IMG/VR virus record: IMGVR_UViG_3300032271_000867
Span: 1 to 64,000 of that record
Source of the DNA: a virus
Length of the DNA: 64,000 nucleotides
Reading direction: 5' to 3' (one strand)
Shown here piece after piece: positions 37,039 to 46,799 of this stretch. A model generated the notes under the pieces. The model saw nothing but the letters and a program-made list of their open reading frames with translations, searched no databases and was not told the origin of the DNA. A program made the translations under genes and the position numbers. Every line of letters begins with the position of its first letter. Position 1 is the stretch's first letter.

Positions 37039-37298
37039 TAAATAGCTCCGCCACAATCAATGATATAAATACCATTTTCTATATTTGTAATTCGATCACT
37101 TAAACTAGTCCAGGTAGTTGTAGCTGTACTAAAATTGCCCACATTCCATGCAGAAGTTCTGCTGTGAGGGTTAGTTCCAATGATTGATTGAATAGCATAA
37201 ATTTCTGCAAACAAAGCGTTTACATCATTAGCAATTACATAATCTACGTTGTCTACACGAGTAGCGTATGAAGCAAGTTGGTTTGGGTAATATGACAT
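37038..37298 (-). CDS. small tail/baseplate protein
   Basis: ANDVNALFAEIYAIQ..IGTNP...LSDRITNIE. Confidence 0.6.
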   Translation of the reverse strand: MSYYPNQLASYATRVDNVDYVIANDVNALFAEIYAIQSIIGTNPHSRTSAWNVGNFSTATTTWTSLSDRITNIENGIYIIDCGGAI

Positions 37299-37356
37299 TA
37301 AATCTCCTATAATCTATTACAATTTTTACTTATTAAGTAAGTTTTATCAAGGTAAG

Positions 37357-37623
37357 CTACGGAGTTCCACCGTCAATTGAGTTAGATGTTGTTAACCATA
37401 CTGGAAAAGATGGGTCTCCACCTTCAAACATTGCCCACACGGTAGATCCAATAACTGGAATAAAAAATACTGAACTACCAGGCCAGGACCAACCAGTTAT
37501 TTCTGTTAAAAATATTTGAGGTATTTGTAACTTTAATCTTTTTTTATCTAAAGGATCTTTATTGTCAATTACAATAGCTCGATATACTCCATAAAACCTT
37601 TTGTAGTTAGTAGTTTCATGCAT
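37357..37623 (-). CDS. baseplate spike OB-fold protein (gp5/gpV N-terminal)
   Basis: GVYRAIVIDNKDP...P.IGSTVWAMFEGGDPSFPVW. Confidence 0.85.
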   Translation of the reverse strand: MHETTNYKRFYGVYRAIVIDNKDPLDKKRLKLQIPQIFLTEITGWSWPGSSVFFIPVIGSTVWAMFEGGDPSFPVWLTTSNSIDGGTP

Positions 37624-37624
37624 T

Positions 37625-39523
37625 TTATCCTCTAGTAACTACTAAAGTGTATGTTTGTGAGTGAATTTTATCACTAGCAGTTACTTTAATAGAAATGCTA
37701 TTAAATCCAGAACTTAAACTAATAGCACTACTAGTAACACCAGAAGCAACAGTAAGTGGACTACCAGAAGGTGGAGTGATTACTATTGTGGCATTTATAT
37801 CAGTACTAGTTGGTGTTAAAGTAATTGTAGATACACCACTAGCTACTGCTAGTCCATAGTTAACAATGTTGCTTGAAAGAGTAATAGAACCAGAAGAAGT
37901 AGTTAGCAAACTTAAAGTTGTGACTGATGATCGTTCAGTAACTGTAATAGCAGAATCTTGTAAAGTGAAAATTTCATTTACTGCACCATTTAAAATTTTT
38001 CTTGATGTGCCGGAGTTAGTGTCTAAAATAGTTACATATGCATTTGTCACACCAGGTGCAGCACGTAATGCAGCTTCAATTACTTCCGGAGTTACAATCG
38101 CATTAAAATCTGTGCCTTGGTAAGAAAATCCTGCTCGTAAAATAGTTTTTATATTATTACTTACTTGGTCATTTGTAAATCGTAAATCTCTAGTATATTC
38201 AACTGTTATTTTTACAGGTACATAGGTAGGAGGAAGAAGAGTTACAGCTACTCCTATTTGAGTGTAAGGTTGAATTACAGGGTAAACACTGCTTGTTAAA
38301 GTCGTCCATTTATCTGTAAGTAATCCAATATTTCCGGAATCATATAGAGGATAAGGATCATAAGCAGATCCAGTAGAAATTGGTGCAATGTATAAGTTTA
38401 CTGAATTCCATACATCTGCAGATGCTTTTGCTTTTCCTACAAAAGATGAATTCATTACTAATTTTTCGTAATCCGAGAGTGTAATAGCTCTATAAAAAGG
38501 AGATAATGCATTTGCAGCATTTACTCTAATACTAGAGTTAGTTTCAGGATCACTGCCTCCGGTACCTAATCCAGTTACTGTTGCAGTTATAGTATTATTA
38601 ATTGTTAAATTAGAATTAATAATGGCTAAATCAGAAGAAGAATAAGGAGTATATGTAGAGTCAAAACCATAATAAAGTGTGTTTAAAGTATTATTAGGAA
38701 TATTGCCTATTACTCCTCCTCCAATTGAGTATTGCACTTTAATTGCCGCATTAACTTGAGGAATACTTCCTGATAAACCATTTCCAAATTGAATATACAA
38801 TTGGTCAAACTCATCAAAATAAATTTGATAAACAGTAGAGTTTTGATTTGCATCGACAATGTGGTCAATTTTTGACCATTGCTCATACGTAGTACCATTT
38901 AGTACATATACAACTACACTGTCCTCTAAAACATTGTCTGAGTTAATTGGAAAAATTTGATTTGAAGTTCCATCTGAATACCCGATAATTTTTCCAGCAA
39001 TATCTGTAGAATTTTGTGCAGGATAGTCAAGTATACTTGGTCGTCCATGAGTCGCAGTAACAGTTGTCGGTGTATTTGGAGCAAGCATTACTTGAGAATC
39101 TAAAGTAAAATAAATAGTAGAAAATACTCCATTATTATTTATTTCACCAGAAATTACTGATCCGTCAGATATAGTATACGTATTATTACTATTATTAGTA
39201 ATTGTAATATCTACAGAAGCTGCTTTATATCCTGTAGGAGAATATCCATAAATACGTGAAAGATTTAAAAGACTTTGCCGTTGATTAGCTGTGTAAATAA
39301 AACTTTCATTTGCAATTCTGTCAATATAATAATTTATAAGATCACCCATATACGCAAATGTTTCTACAAGAGCCACACCAAAGTCAGCAGGGTCAGTACC
39401 TTGCCATTCAGGAATAGATTGTTGAACTCTAGCTATAAGAGCACTTCTTAAAGAATTAAAATCTCTGTTAGTGTAATCAATTGATACAGGTAAAGTTGTA
39501 TCTGTAGTATTTTTTATTGCCAT
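37625..39523 (-). CDS. baseplate wedge J/gp6-like protein with C-terminal cadherin-like domain
   Basis: IDYTNRDF, DFGVALVE, FGNG..G.IP, GGSDPET, RAITLSDY. Confidence 0.88.
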   Translation of the reverse strand: MAIKNTTDTTLPVSIDYTNRDFNSLRSALIARVQQSIPEWQGTDPADFGVALVETFAYMGDLINYYIDRIANESFIYTANQRQSLLNLSRIYGYSPTGYKAASVDITITNNSNNTYTISDGSVISGEINNNGVFSTIYFTLDSQVMLAPNTPTTVTATHGRPSILDYPAQNSTDIAGKIIGYSDGTSNQIFPINSDNVLEDSVVVYVLNGTTYEQWSKIDHIVDANQNSTVYQIYFDEFDQLYIQFGNGLSGSIPQVNAAIKVQYSIGGGVIGNIPNNTLNTLYYGFDSTYTPYSSSDLAIINSNLTINNTITATVTGLGTGGSDPETNSSIRVNAANALSPFYRAITLSDYEKLVMNSSFVGKAKASADVWNSVNLYIAPISTGSAYDPYPLYDSGNIGLLTDKWTTLTSSVYPVIQPYTQIGVAVTLLPPTYVPVKITVEYTRDLRFTNDQVSNNIKTILRAGFSYQGTDFNAIVTPEVIEAALRAAPGVTNAYVTILDTNSGTSRKILNGAVNEIFTLQDSAITVTERSSVTTLSLLTTSSGSITLSSNIVNYGLAVASGVSTITLTPTSTDINATIVITPPSGSPLTVASGVTSSAISLSSGFNSISIKVTASDKIHSQTYTLVVTRG

Positions 39524-39936
39524 TAGTATCTCTTTTCAGAAATGATTCCAGAGTTATCTACTGTAGATAGTCCAACTATCAAAGAAGAAGTAGACTCATT
39601 AGGTAGGGTGTAGGTAACATTCACGTTGATAGTTGACCCATCTGCACTATAAGTTACATCTACGCTATTTAATCTCAATAATCTAAAATATAAAGAAAAA
39701 ATTCTATTAATTTCTGTTTCAATAGTAGAACTTAAAGAGTCTCTTGTATCTAAAATAGTGAGACCAATTGTAGTCCCAAATGCGGGATACATAACACGTT
39801 CACCAAGATTAGTATTTATAGCTGATATAATTCTATCATTCCATATTTTTTTAGGGTCTGTAGTAACATTTATTTTTCCGTAACTATCTATAGAAAACGG
39901 TAAAGTAATTGTTTTTTCAGTTAATCTTTGAGCCAT
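39523..39936 (-). CDS. gp25/gpW-like baseplate wedge protein
   Basis: TNLGERVMYPAFGT. Confidence 0.88.
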   Translation of the reverse strand: MAQRLTEKTITLPFSIDSYGKINVTTDPKKIWNDRIISAINTNLGERVMYPAFGTTIGLTILDTRDSLSSTIETEINRIFSLYFRLLRLNSVDVTYSADGSTINVNVTYTLPNESTSSLIVGLSTVDNSGIISEKRY

Positions 39937-39938
39937 AA

Positions 39939-41204
39939 TTATCTACTGTTCCATCTCATAGGAGTTCTTAAGTATCCTTGATTACCCATACTAATTAACA
40001 TAGTCTGAGAATCTAATACTGAGGTATTTTGTTTTACAGGTTTATTTAAATTATTAAGTAAATTTGCTTCAAGATCAACAGTTCCAATACGTCCAAAATT
40101 TGTATCTCTAAAAGCAGTAGATTTAGTTGAGTTTAACCCATCTGTTACTACATTCATTTCTACTTGATATTGCCCAAGTTTAAAAAATCTATGAGTTACT
40201 TGTTTGATAATCCAATGACCATCTGTACTGTTACCTGTTCCGTCTACATATATAACACCGTATGGTTTAAATCTAGGATCCCCTTGACAAAGAATTTTTG
40301 CAGGAATATTAAAACGAGACATGTGTGCATGTCCTTTAGTTACTGACTCTACATCTGTAATATTATGAGTTACTTGTGAATTAATAGGTTCATTAAATAA
40401 TGAGTCACTAACACTAGACCTAAGTGATTCACCGATAGTTGTTGAAGACTGAGAAGTAGTAATAAGTTTTTCTGTATAAGGATTTATACCAGCAACTTGT
40501 TTATTTGTGTGAAGGTATTCAGTTCCTTCAATGTGTTCACCATTTAATACTTTAAAATAATCTAAAGTTCTATCAAAAAAATCTTGACCAGTAGGTCCTA
40601 CACTAGTTCTTTGAGAAAGAACCGGAACATCAGAAAAATTAGAGTCAATAAGTTTGTCTATACTTCTAAAAATTAAATGAGTATTATCTATGACCATAGC
40701 AAACCCAATTCGTTTTGCTTGTTCCTGCAGCCACTCCCAGTATGAATGTCCTGCTATTGTTAACTGTTCAAATCTTCTTGAATCTGAATCACCAGTAAAT
40801 TTAAAACCATTTTCTATAGCAATTATTTCTGCAATTTCAGGAATGGTTTTATTATTAAATACACGGGTTATTTTTTCTTTTAAAGGATAAGAAGCAGAAA
40901 CACAATGTATTTGCATTAATTGTTGAGTAGCAGGAGTAAGTTCTTTAGAAATATAGGAAACATATCCTACCCATATTTTATTTTTATTTCCCTGTTTCCA
41001 TTCAAATTTAATTGGAATACCAGTTTTTATAATAGAAAAATATAAAGGACTAATTGTTGTGTATTCAATAATTAAAATATCATGTCGATATTGTTCTTGA
41101 ATTAAATCAACTCTACTTGGTTGAACACTTATTCCAGGTAAAGAAGGCCATGAAATTCTATAATCTGTACCAAATCTATATTTTCTAAATGTTTGATCAG
41201 ACAT
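39939..41204 (-). CDS. baseplate hub (gpD/gp27-like)
   Basis: SYWEWLQEQAKRIGF, GDP...P...V.G....DGHWIIKQVTH. Confidence 0.8.
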   Translation of the reverse strand: MSDQTFRKYRFGTDYRISWPSLPGISVQPSRVDLIQEQYRHDILIIEYTTISPLYFSIIKTGIPIKFEWKQGNKNKIWVGYVSYISKELTPATQQLMQIHCVSASYPLKEKITRVFNNKTIPEIAEIIAIENGFKFTGDSDSRRFEQLTIAGHSYWEWLQEQAKRIGFAMVIDNTHLIFRSIDKLIDSNFSDVPVLSQRTSVGPTGQDFFDRTLDYFKVLNGEHIEGTEYLHTNKQVAGINPYTEKLITTSQSSTTIGESLRSSVSDSLFNEPINSQVTHNITDVESVTKGHAHMSRFNIPAKILCQGDPRFKPYGVIYVDGTGNSTDGHWIIKQVTHRFFKLGQYQVEMNVVTDGLNSTKSTAFRDTNFGRIGTVDLEANLLNNLNKPVKQNTSVLDSQTMLISMGNQGYLRTPMRWNSR

Positions 41205-41472
41205 TAGGAATCCTAACTAATGTTCCTACAGGAATATTAAATGCATTACTTATTTCAGGATTTATATCCATAATTTTCCACCACATTTCTGGTGCTCCAA
41301 AATAATCATTTGCCACTGAATCAATTCGATCACTATCTGACCATGTGTAATAAAAGAAAGAGTTATTAGAGGGTAAAAATGTTCTTAGTACAGTAATAGG
41401 GTAGTTACCTGTCCTACTATCATTGGCTTTAAATATTCTGCCATTTGCATATCTACTATCAGAATAAATCAT
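41197..41472 (-). CDS. tail X / LysM-like baseplate protein
   Basis: DRIDSVANDYFGAPEMWWKIMDINP...GTLVRIP. Confidence 0.85.
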   Translation of the reverse strand: MIYSDSRYANGRIFKANDSRTGNYPITVLRTFLPSNNSFFYYTWSDSDRIDSVANDYFGAPEMWWKIMDINPEISNAFNIPVGTLVRIPNV

Positions 41473-42858
41473 TTAAAATCCTGTATCTGGAATTCTATTG
41501 GCACTAAATGTTACAGAAGAAAGTAATGGAACCATTCTGTGATCAAAAATAATGTGTTTAACTGTTATACCTGAAATTTGAACTAAGTAACGTAATGATT
41601 TTCCTAAATGAAGTTCTAGTGGTCTAACTTGAATAAACCCAATATCTGCAGTCAATCCATCTGCACTATTTCTTTCAACAAATTTACTTTTTAAACCAAA
41701 ACCTAACAACGTTCTTAATAGCGACTCTAGATCATACATCGTGCCTTTATTAAAAATTTCTTTTTGCTCTGCAGCACTTGGAGGAATTGGGTAAATATCC
41801 TGAGCATTAATACCCGTTAATACTTGTTGAGTTGTTGGATCATAGTAGGCAAAATCAGCCATCCTATTTAAAATTAAATCAAATTGGATAGTACTTTGAG
41901 ATAAACTAGAAGAAATTGGATTGAAATAGTCTAAACCAGCAGTAAAAATTGATGGATCACTTTTTAAAACTCCTTGATAAGACATAGTAATAGTAGTTGG
42001 ATTATACAAAAATTGGTATGCATAACGTTCTGTTATCTCAGGAAAAAGTCCAGGATCATTAATTTGATTTTGAATATCATTAATACCATTTTTTACATTT
42101 GAAGGAGTTGAACTTGTAGAATTAGGTTTTGGTATATATAGAACAATCATTCCTTTATGGCCAGCAGAATTTGACCAAAGATCATGCGCTTCTTTAATTT
42201 TTGCAGGTTCAGTAATCTTTTTACCGTAAATTTTACTAAACTCTCCAGAATAAGCAGCAGGAGAAAGATACGCATCATGAACCGCACTAGCATTAAATCT
42301 TAATGGTTTTTTAAAAAGTTGTGCTGCACTTGTTGAGGCAGGTGTAGGAGTTACAGAATTAGAAGAAGCTACGTACCCTTTATCTCCAGGTAAAAAACGG
42401 TGTGAGTTTACTTGAGGTATATAACCAGAATCTCCGGGTAAAAAGTGGTGTGATCCACCTCCAGTTAAATTAGCTATCTGTAGTAATAACGCTTTTTCTC
42501 TATCTTTGTATTGTTGCCAATGACTATGTTGTTGCTTATATTTAGCATAAATTACATCTCTTTGACTTTGTAAAGTACTGGGATCACTTAATGCAGCTAT
42601 TCCTGCATCTAGTTCATTTAATTGGGCTTTAAGATTTTTCCAACCCTCTACACCAGCATTTGTGTCCCCATCTTTTTGTTGTTTTTCTAGTATTTTAAGA
42701 TAACTTATTTCAGCTTGGCATTTAGCAATTGTCGTAGGCAAAATAGGTACACTATTAATTTTAGGATCTGCAGTTAAAAATCCACCAGAAATAGAGGCAA
42801 CTGCATTTGACCCCCCATTTATTATACTATCTATAAAATCATAAAAAGGATCACTCAT
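41473..42858 (-). CDS. tube-initiator / baseplate protein
   Basis: FLYNPTTI motif and position between tape measure and tail X; internal SHxFLPGDxGY repeat. Confidence 0.6.
   Translation of the reverse strand: MSDPFYDFIDSIINGGSNAVASISGGFLTADPKINSVPILPTTIAKCQAEISYLKILEKQQKDGDTNAGVEGWKNLKAQLNELDAGIAALSDPSTLQSQRDVIYAKYKQQHSHWQQYKDREKALLLQIANLTGGGSHHFLPGDSGYIPQVNSHRFLPGDKGYVASSNSVTPTPASTSAAQLFKKPLRFNASAVHDAYLSPAAYSGEFSKIYGKKITEPAKIKEAHDLWSNSAGHKGMIVLYIPKPNSTSSTPSNVKNGINDIQNQINDPGLFPEITERYAYQFLYNPTTITMSYQGVLKSDPSIFTAGLDYFNPISSSLSQSTIQFDLILNRMADFAYYDPTTQQVLTGINAQDIYPIPPSAAEQKEIFNKGTMYDLESLLRTLLGFGLKSKFVERNSADGLTADIGFIQVRPLELHLGKSLRYLVQISGITVKHIIFDHRMVPLLSSVTFSANRIPDTGF
42373..42453 (-). repeat. 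intragenic two-copy repeat encoding SHxFLPGDxGY
   Basis: SHHFLPGDSGY and SHRFLPGDKGY, 48 nt apart. Confidence 0.7.
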
Positions 42859-42860
42859 TA

Positions 42861-45152
42861 TTAGAACCTTCCCATGCTAGACATTTGTAAATCTTGTTCT
42901 AAATAAGATTTAACTAAACTTGCAAATTTACGTGCTTCAGACTCAGACGCATTAGCAATACTTAAATTAATTTCTACTTTAGGACTTCCAGAAGATCCAG
43001 AAGAGCCTGACCCATACCCACTAAACCCACCAAGAGTCATAGTACTAGCAGGACCACCAGAACCTGCGTCAGAACCCCCTGAAGAAGCATTAGAGGATGC
43101 AAAACTTAATCCTACGGAAGGAGAGGTAGCAGATACTCCCGTAGCTCCTACAGACAAAATAGAAGATGCAGCAGGAACATAAGCAGTAAATGCAGTAGGA
43201 TCTAATTGAGTAACTCCGGGAACAATATTGTTAATAGAGTGAGGGTCAGTTGTAATAGCTGAACTAGTTCCAGAACTAGACTTAGCATTTTTTGGGTTAA
43301 TACCAATAGCGCCACTCATAAATGCTGAAGGATTAACTGCTGCACCATCTTTTTGAACTTCAAAGTGCAAGTGAGGCCCAGTCACATAACCTGAATGTCC
43401 GGATTTAGCAATTTGTTGTCCAGCAGTTACTTTATCTCCAGGATAAACATTTGCTTGACTTAAGTGTGCGTATAAAGTTTTGTAACCATTACCGTGGTTA
43501 AGTACTACATATTTACCATAAGAATAAGGACCACTACCAACAGTAGATGAGTCTACGACACCATCAGCTGCAGCAACAACGGATGTACCATCGGCAACTC
43601 CATAGTCTGTGCCATGGTGAACACCTTTGCCCCACGGACCACCTGTTGCACCGAAAGGCGCAGTAACCGCCCCTGAAGTTGGTACTACGTGCTTGTAATT
43701 ACCCTGTAAACCATTATCAGGCATGGTAGTTCCACCAATAGTACTAGTTGGTCCACCTATAACCTTTCCTGTATTTCCTGTAAATGGATTTAAATAATTG
43801 CCCATTTGATTTGCAGTATTGGCTGCCGGTGCAAGATTACTTACAAGAGCAGAAATACCCGAAACAGCTAATGCAGGCACTGCAACTTCAAATTGTCCAG
43901 CTAATGCAGCAGCTCCAGCAACAGCTAATGAACCTCCAGTAACTGCATTTGCTGTATCTTTAATAAAGTTATTAGTTCCTTGGACTTGCTGCAGTTTACC
44001 TTGAAAACCAGCACTTGATCCTAACACTTGTAAGTAAGCGTTAGTTACCTTAAGAATGCTGCTCATATTAGCAAATTCATCATTGAGAGCTTTAATTTTT
44101 CCAATAGCACTGCTCATGCCTGAAATGTAGTCAGATTCTACCTTTGAGGCATTTTGAGCTTGATTACTATTTAAGTCGTACATCCCAGCCAATGGATTTG
44201 CATTTCCTCCAGCAGCAGATCCACCCAAAAGTTTATTCATAGCAGCATTATTTGAAAGATCCATTTTTGTACCTTTGGATCTTTCAATCATGTATTGTGC
44301 AAACATAGCTTGTTGAGCAGGATCTTGAAAAGCATCGTTAATTATTTGACCAAGGTAACCCTGACGTAATTGTTTTTGTGTTATAGCAAGGCTAGCTTTA
44401 GGATGACCTGCAGTAAGACGTTGTGCTAATTGTTCAAAAATTTGACCTTGTGTTAACGGATTTGCAGTTCTAGGGTCTGAAGTGCGAATACCAAATTGCG
44501 CCATTAAACTAGCAGAAGTAGAGCCAGAAGTAAGATTTTCAATTGCAGCGACTGCTTGCTGATTAGGCATGTTTAAATATTTAGCAGCATTAGCCACAGA
44601 TCTAAGTGATTGTTGATATGTGCTATTAGGATCTTGGCTAAATGCCATACCTGCACCAGTTAAATACTGAGCAGTGTATGCATCGCTACCATTAGAAGTA
44701 ATGCCACCTCGCATTGTACCAAAAGTGGCGGCTTCCATTACACTACGGTTTACGCCACCCGCACTAATGCCCGCATTGTAATAAGTTGCCGCTCTATTTA
44801 ATACGTCACCTACACCAGGCATACCTGTAGCATTAGCAGAAAGTTGAGCTAATCCAAAATTAATTCCTGCTTGGCCTACTCTAATTCCCGTAGATATTGC
44901 TGCTCCAGCTATTCCCGGAATAAAACCAGTAGCCATACTAGCCATACTAGATGCAGAACCAGTAACTGAAGATACTGCAGCTAACGCACCTGCCATAGAA
45001 TTATTAGAGCCAGATGCCCCCATACCACTAGCAGCAGTGCTAGGCGCTCGCCAAGATTTAAAGCCACCAGAAATATCTTGGACTAAACTTTTAATGCTGA
45101 CTAATTGGGATTTGACATTAGCCAAATCTCCAATAATGTTTTCATCAGTCAT
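42861..45152 (-). CDS. tape measure protein with M23 peptidase domain
   Basis: Ala/Gly-rich helical region; HHGTDYG, TLYAHL, TGPHLHFEV. Confidence 0.88.
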   Translation of the reverse strand: MTDENIIGDLANVKSQLVSIKSLVQDISGGFKSWRAPSTAASGMGASGSNNSMAGALAAVSSVTGSASSMASMATGFIPGIAGAAISTGIRVGQAGINFGLAQLSANATGMPGVGDVLNRAATYYNAGISAGGVNRSVMEAATFGTMRGGITSNGSDAYTAQYLTGAGMAFSQDPNSTYQQSLRSVANAAKYLNMPNQQAVAAIENLTSGSTSASLMAQFGIRTSDPRTANPLTQGQIFEQLAQRLTAGHPKASLAITQKQLRQGYLGQIINDAFQDPAQQAMFAQYMIERSKGTKMDLSNNAAMNKLLGGSAAGGNANPLAGMYDLNSNQAQNASKVESDYISGMSSAIGKIKALNDEFANMSSILKVTNAYLQVLGSSAGFQGKLQQVQGTNNFIKDTANAVTGGSLAVAGAAALAGQFEVAVPALAVSGISALVSNLAPAANTANQMGNYLNPFTGNTGKVIGGPTSTIGGTTMPDNGLQGNYKHVVPTSGAVTAPFGATGGPWGKGVHHGTDYGVADGTSVVAAADGVVDSSTVGSGPYSYGKYVVLNHGNGYKTLYAHLSQANVYPGDKVTAGQQIAKSGHSGYVTGPHLHFEVQKDGAAVNPSAFMSGAIGINPKNAKSSSGTSSAITTDPHSINNIVPGVTQLDPTAFTAYVPAASSILSVGATGVSATSPSVGLSFASSNASSGGSDAGSGGPASTMTLGGFSGYGSGSSGSSGSPKVEINLSIANASESEARKFASLVKSYLEQDLQMSSMGRF

Positions 45153-45316
45153 TCTTAATCACCACTTTGCCGTATTCTCTGGCTATCTCTAACCAATTCA
45201 TTCGTTCTCTTGGAGTCAACTCTTTTATTTCTGTGAGTGTCCATCCAGGAAAACTAGATGTTAGTGCAACCCAGTGTGATAATAATTCTGGATAAGACAC
45301 TTTTCTAGAACTGAAA
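45145..45316 (-). CDS. tail assembly chaperone second ORF (probable frameshift extension)
   Basis: FPGWTLTEIKELTPRERMNWL motif; no ATG/RBS; in the +1 frame overlapping the end of the upstream chaperone. Confidence 0.6.
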
Positions 45317-46117
45317 TAAAGCCCCAAGGTTAATTGGGACCACAACCTCTCCTGTACAATCAGGACAGGTCACAGTTACTGAATCAAATAGTGGGCCAGG
45401 TGATCGTTTTGATATTTCAAGTGTAATATTTTTTCTATCAACAATACCCATATTCTGCACTTGAAATTTTCCAAGTACTGGGGAATCATCAATCTGAATT
45501 ACAGTTCTCTCTAAAAGAAGAGTGGTTAGTTCTGCGTATGTTTTATCTGCTTGAACTGCCATTTCTTTTTGAGTTTTGCCATTGGGCAATAAAACCTTAT
45601 ATTCTTTAGTTGTGCCTTTATAAGTAAAGCCACGATCATTAATTGGATCAACTAGCTCTTTAATATTGATATCTGTATCAATATCTACTTCTACTGTTTT
45701 AAATTCTTTACATCCATTACAGTATGAAGGAATAGGAGCAGTATTACCAAATGTTGCTCTATAAATTCCCAGCATGAGAGCATCTCTGTCACCGGCAAGA
45801 AGTTCATCTAGAAGTTCTTCAGTAGCAGGAGTTTCTCCAATTTTTACTACTCCTCTGTTTAAAACAGTAGTAAAAACTTTACCCATATTATCGGCCTTAG
45901 AGATAAGTTCCTCATCTCTACCATTAAGTTCTCGAACTTCAGCTACTTTGATAACCTCCCCACTGGGTGTAATATACCCAGCAGGAAGGTTAACCAAAGT
46001 GTCATAAGGTTCTTTGATGTTTGCTTTTTCAATAGGTTGTTCTTCATTTAATACATTATCCAAGATGCTATTTGCAAGTGTTGGATTAGTAGTTGCTTTT
46101 ACCGTATTATTTACCAT
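45305..46117 (-). CDS. tail/baseplate assembly chaperone (T4 gp26-like)
   Basis: VRELNGRDEE, GDRDALM, CNGC and CPDC; lies between tube and tape measure. Confidence 0.8.
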   Translation of the reverse strand: MVNNTVKATTNPTLANSILDNVLNEEQPIEKANIKEPYDTLVNLPAGYITPSGEVIKVAEVRELNGRDEELISKADNMGKVFTTVLNRGVVKIGETPATEELLDELLAGDRDALMLGIYRATFGNTAPIPSYCNGCKEFKTVEVDIDTDINIKELVDPINDRGFTYKGTTKEYKVLLPNGKTQKEMAVQADKTYAELTTLLLERTVIQIDDSPVLGKFQVQNMGIVDRKNITLEISKRSPGPLFDSVTVTCPDCTGEVVVPINLGALFQF

Positions 46118-46133
46118 TTATTATTCTTTCTAA

Positions 46134-46781
46134 TTAAAATGCTGCAGCCTGACCACCAGTTGCATAACTTGTACCTGACCAGTGAAGGTCAAACCCTTCG
46201 TGAACAAGAGTCATCTGTTCAACAAAGATAGCGTTGTCACCAGCGTTTAGGTCTGAGTAAGCAAGAGAAGTAATCCAAGCATTGTAAACGTTAAAACGAA
46301 GAACTACAAAGTCACTAGTGTCCCCAGCAACACTTGGAATAATTCCTGTTCCTGTGGCACTTGCACCACTACCGGCAATTGGGTGAGCCAAAACTTGGAT
46401 TTCAATATCGCAACGGAAGTTGTCAGTAATTTTTCCAGTATTGGTGCCTTCTACCGTAGCGAATAGTTTTTTCATCCACTTCCAGTTTTGGTCGGTACCA
46501 AGAATTACACCACGCTGTAAAGTTAGTGGAGCAAAAGTTGTTTGACCTGGAATCTGGTGAACAGTAGTGTTGTAACCACCTTCACGGTAAGGGATGCTGT
46601 CAGTAGTTACTGACATACCTGATACTGAAGTAAACCCAAGAGTAGCTCCAGTATTTAGCCAATCAGATCCGCCACTTCCTGCAGTACCAGAAGAAGCTAG
46701 AGGCTTAAAGGTAACTAGGAACCTAAAGTTTCTTAATGGGTCAGTTTCTAGTGTTGAACGGTTATTAATAATAGTAGCCAT
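46134..46781 (-). CDS. tail tube protein (T4 gp19-like)
   Basis: DPLRNFRF, GFTSVSG, YREGG, LTLQRG, YNAW, LVHEG. Confidence 0.93.
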   Translation of the reverse strand: MATIINNRSTLETDPLRNFRFLVTFKPLASSGTAGSGGSDWLNTGATLGFTSVSGMSVTTDSIPYREGGYNTTVHQIPGQTTFAPLTLQRGVILGTDQNWKWMKKLFATVEGTNTGKITDNFRCDIEIQVLAHPIAGSGASATGTGIIPSVAGDTSDFVVLRFNVYNAWITSLAYSDLNAGDNAIFVEQMTLVHEGFDLHWSGTSYATGGQAAAF

Positions 46782-46799
46782 TAGTCAAACTCTCCTTAA

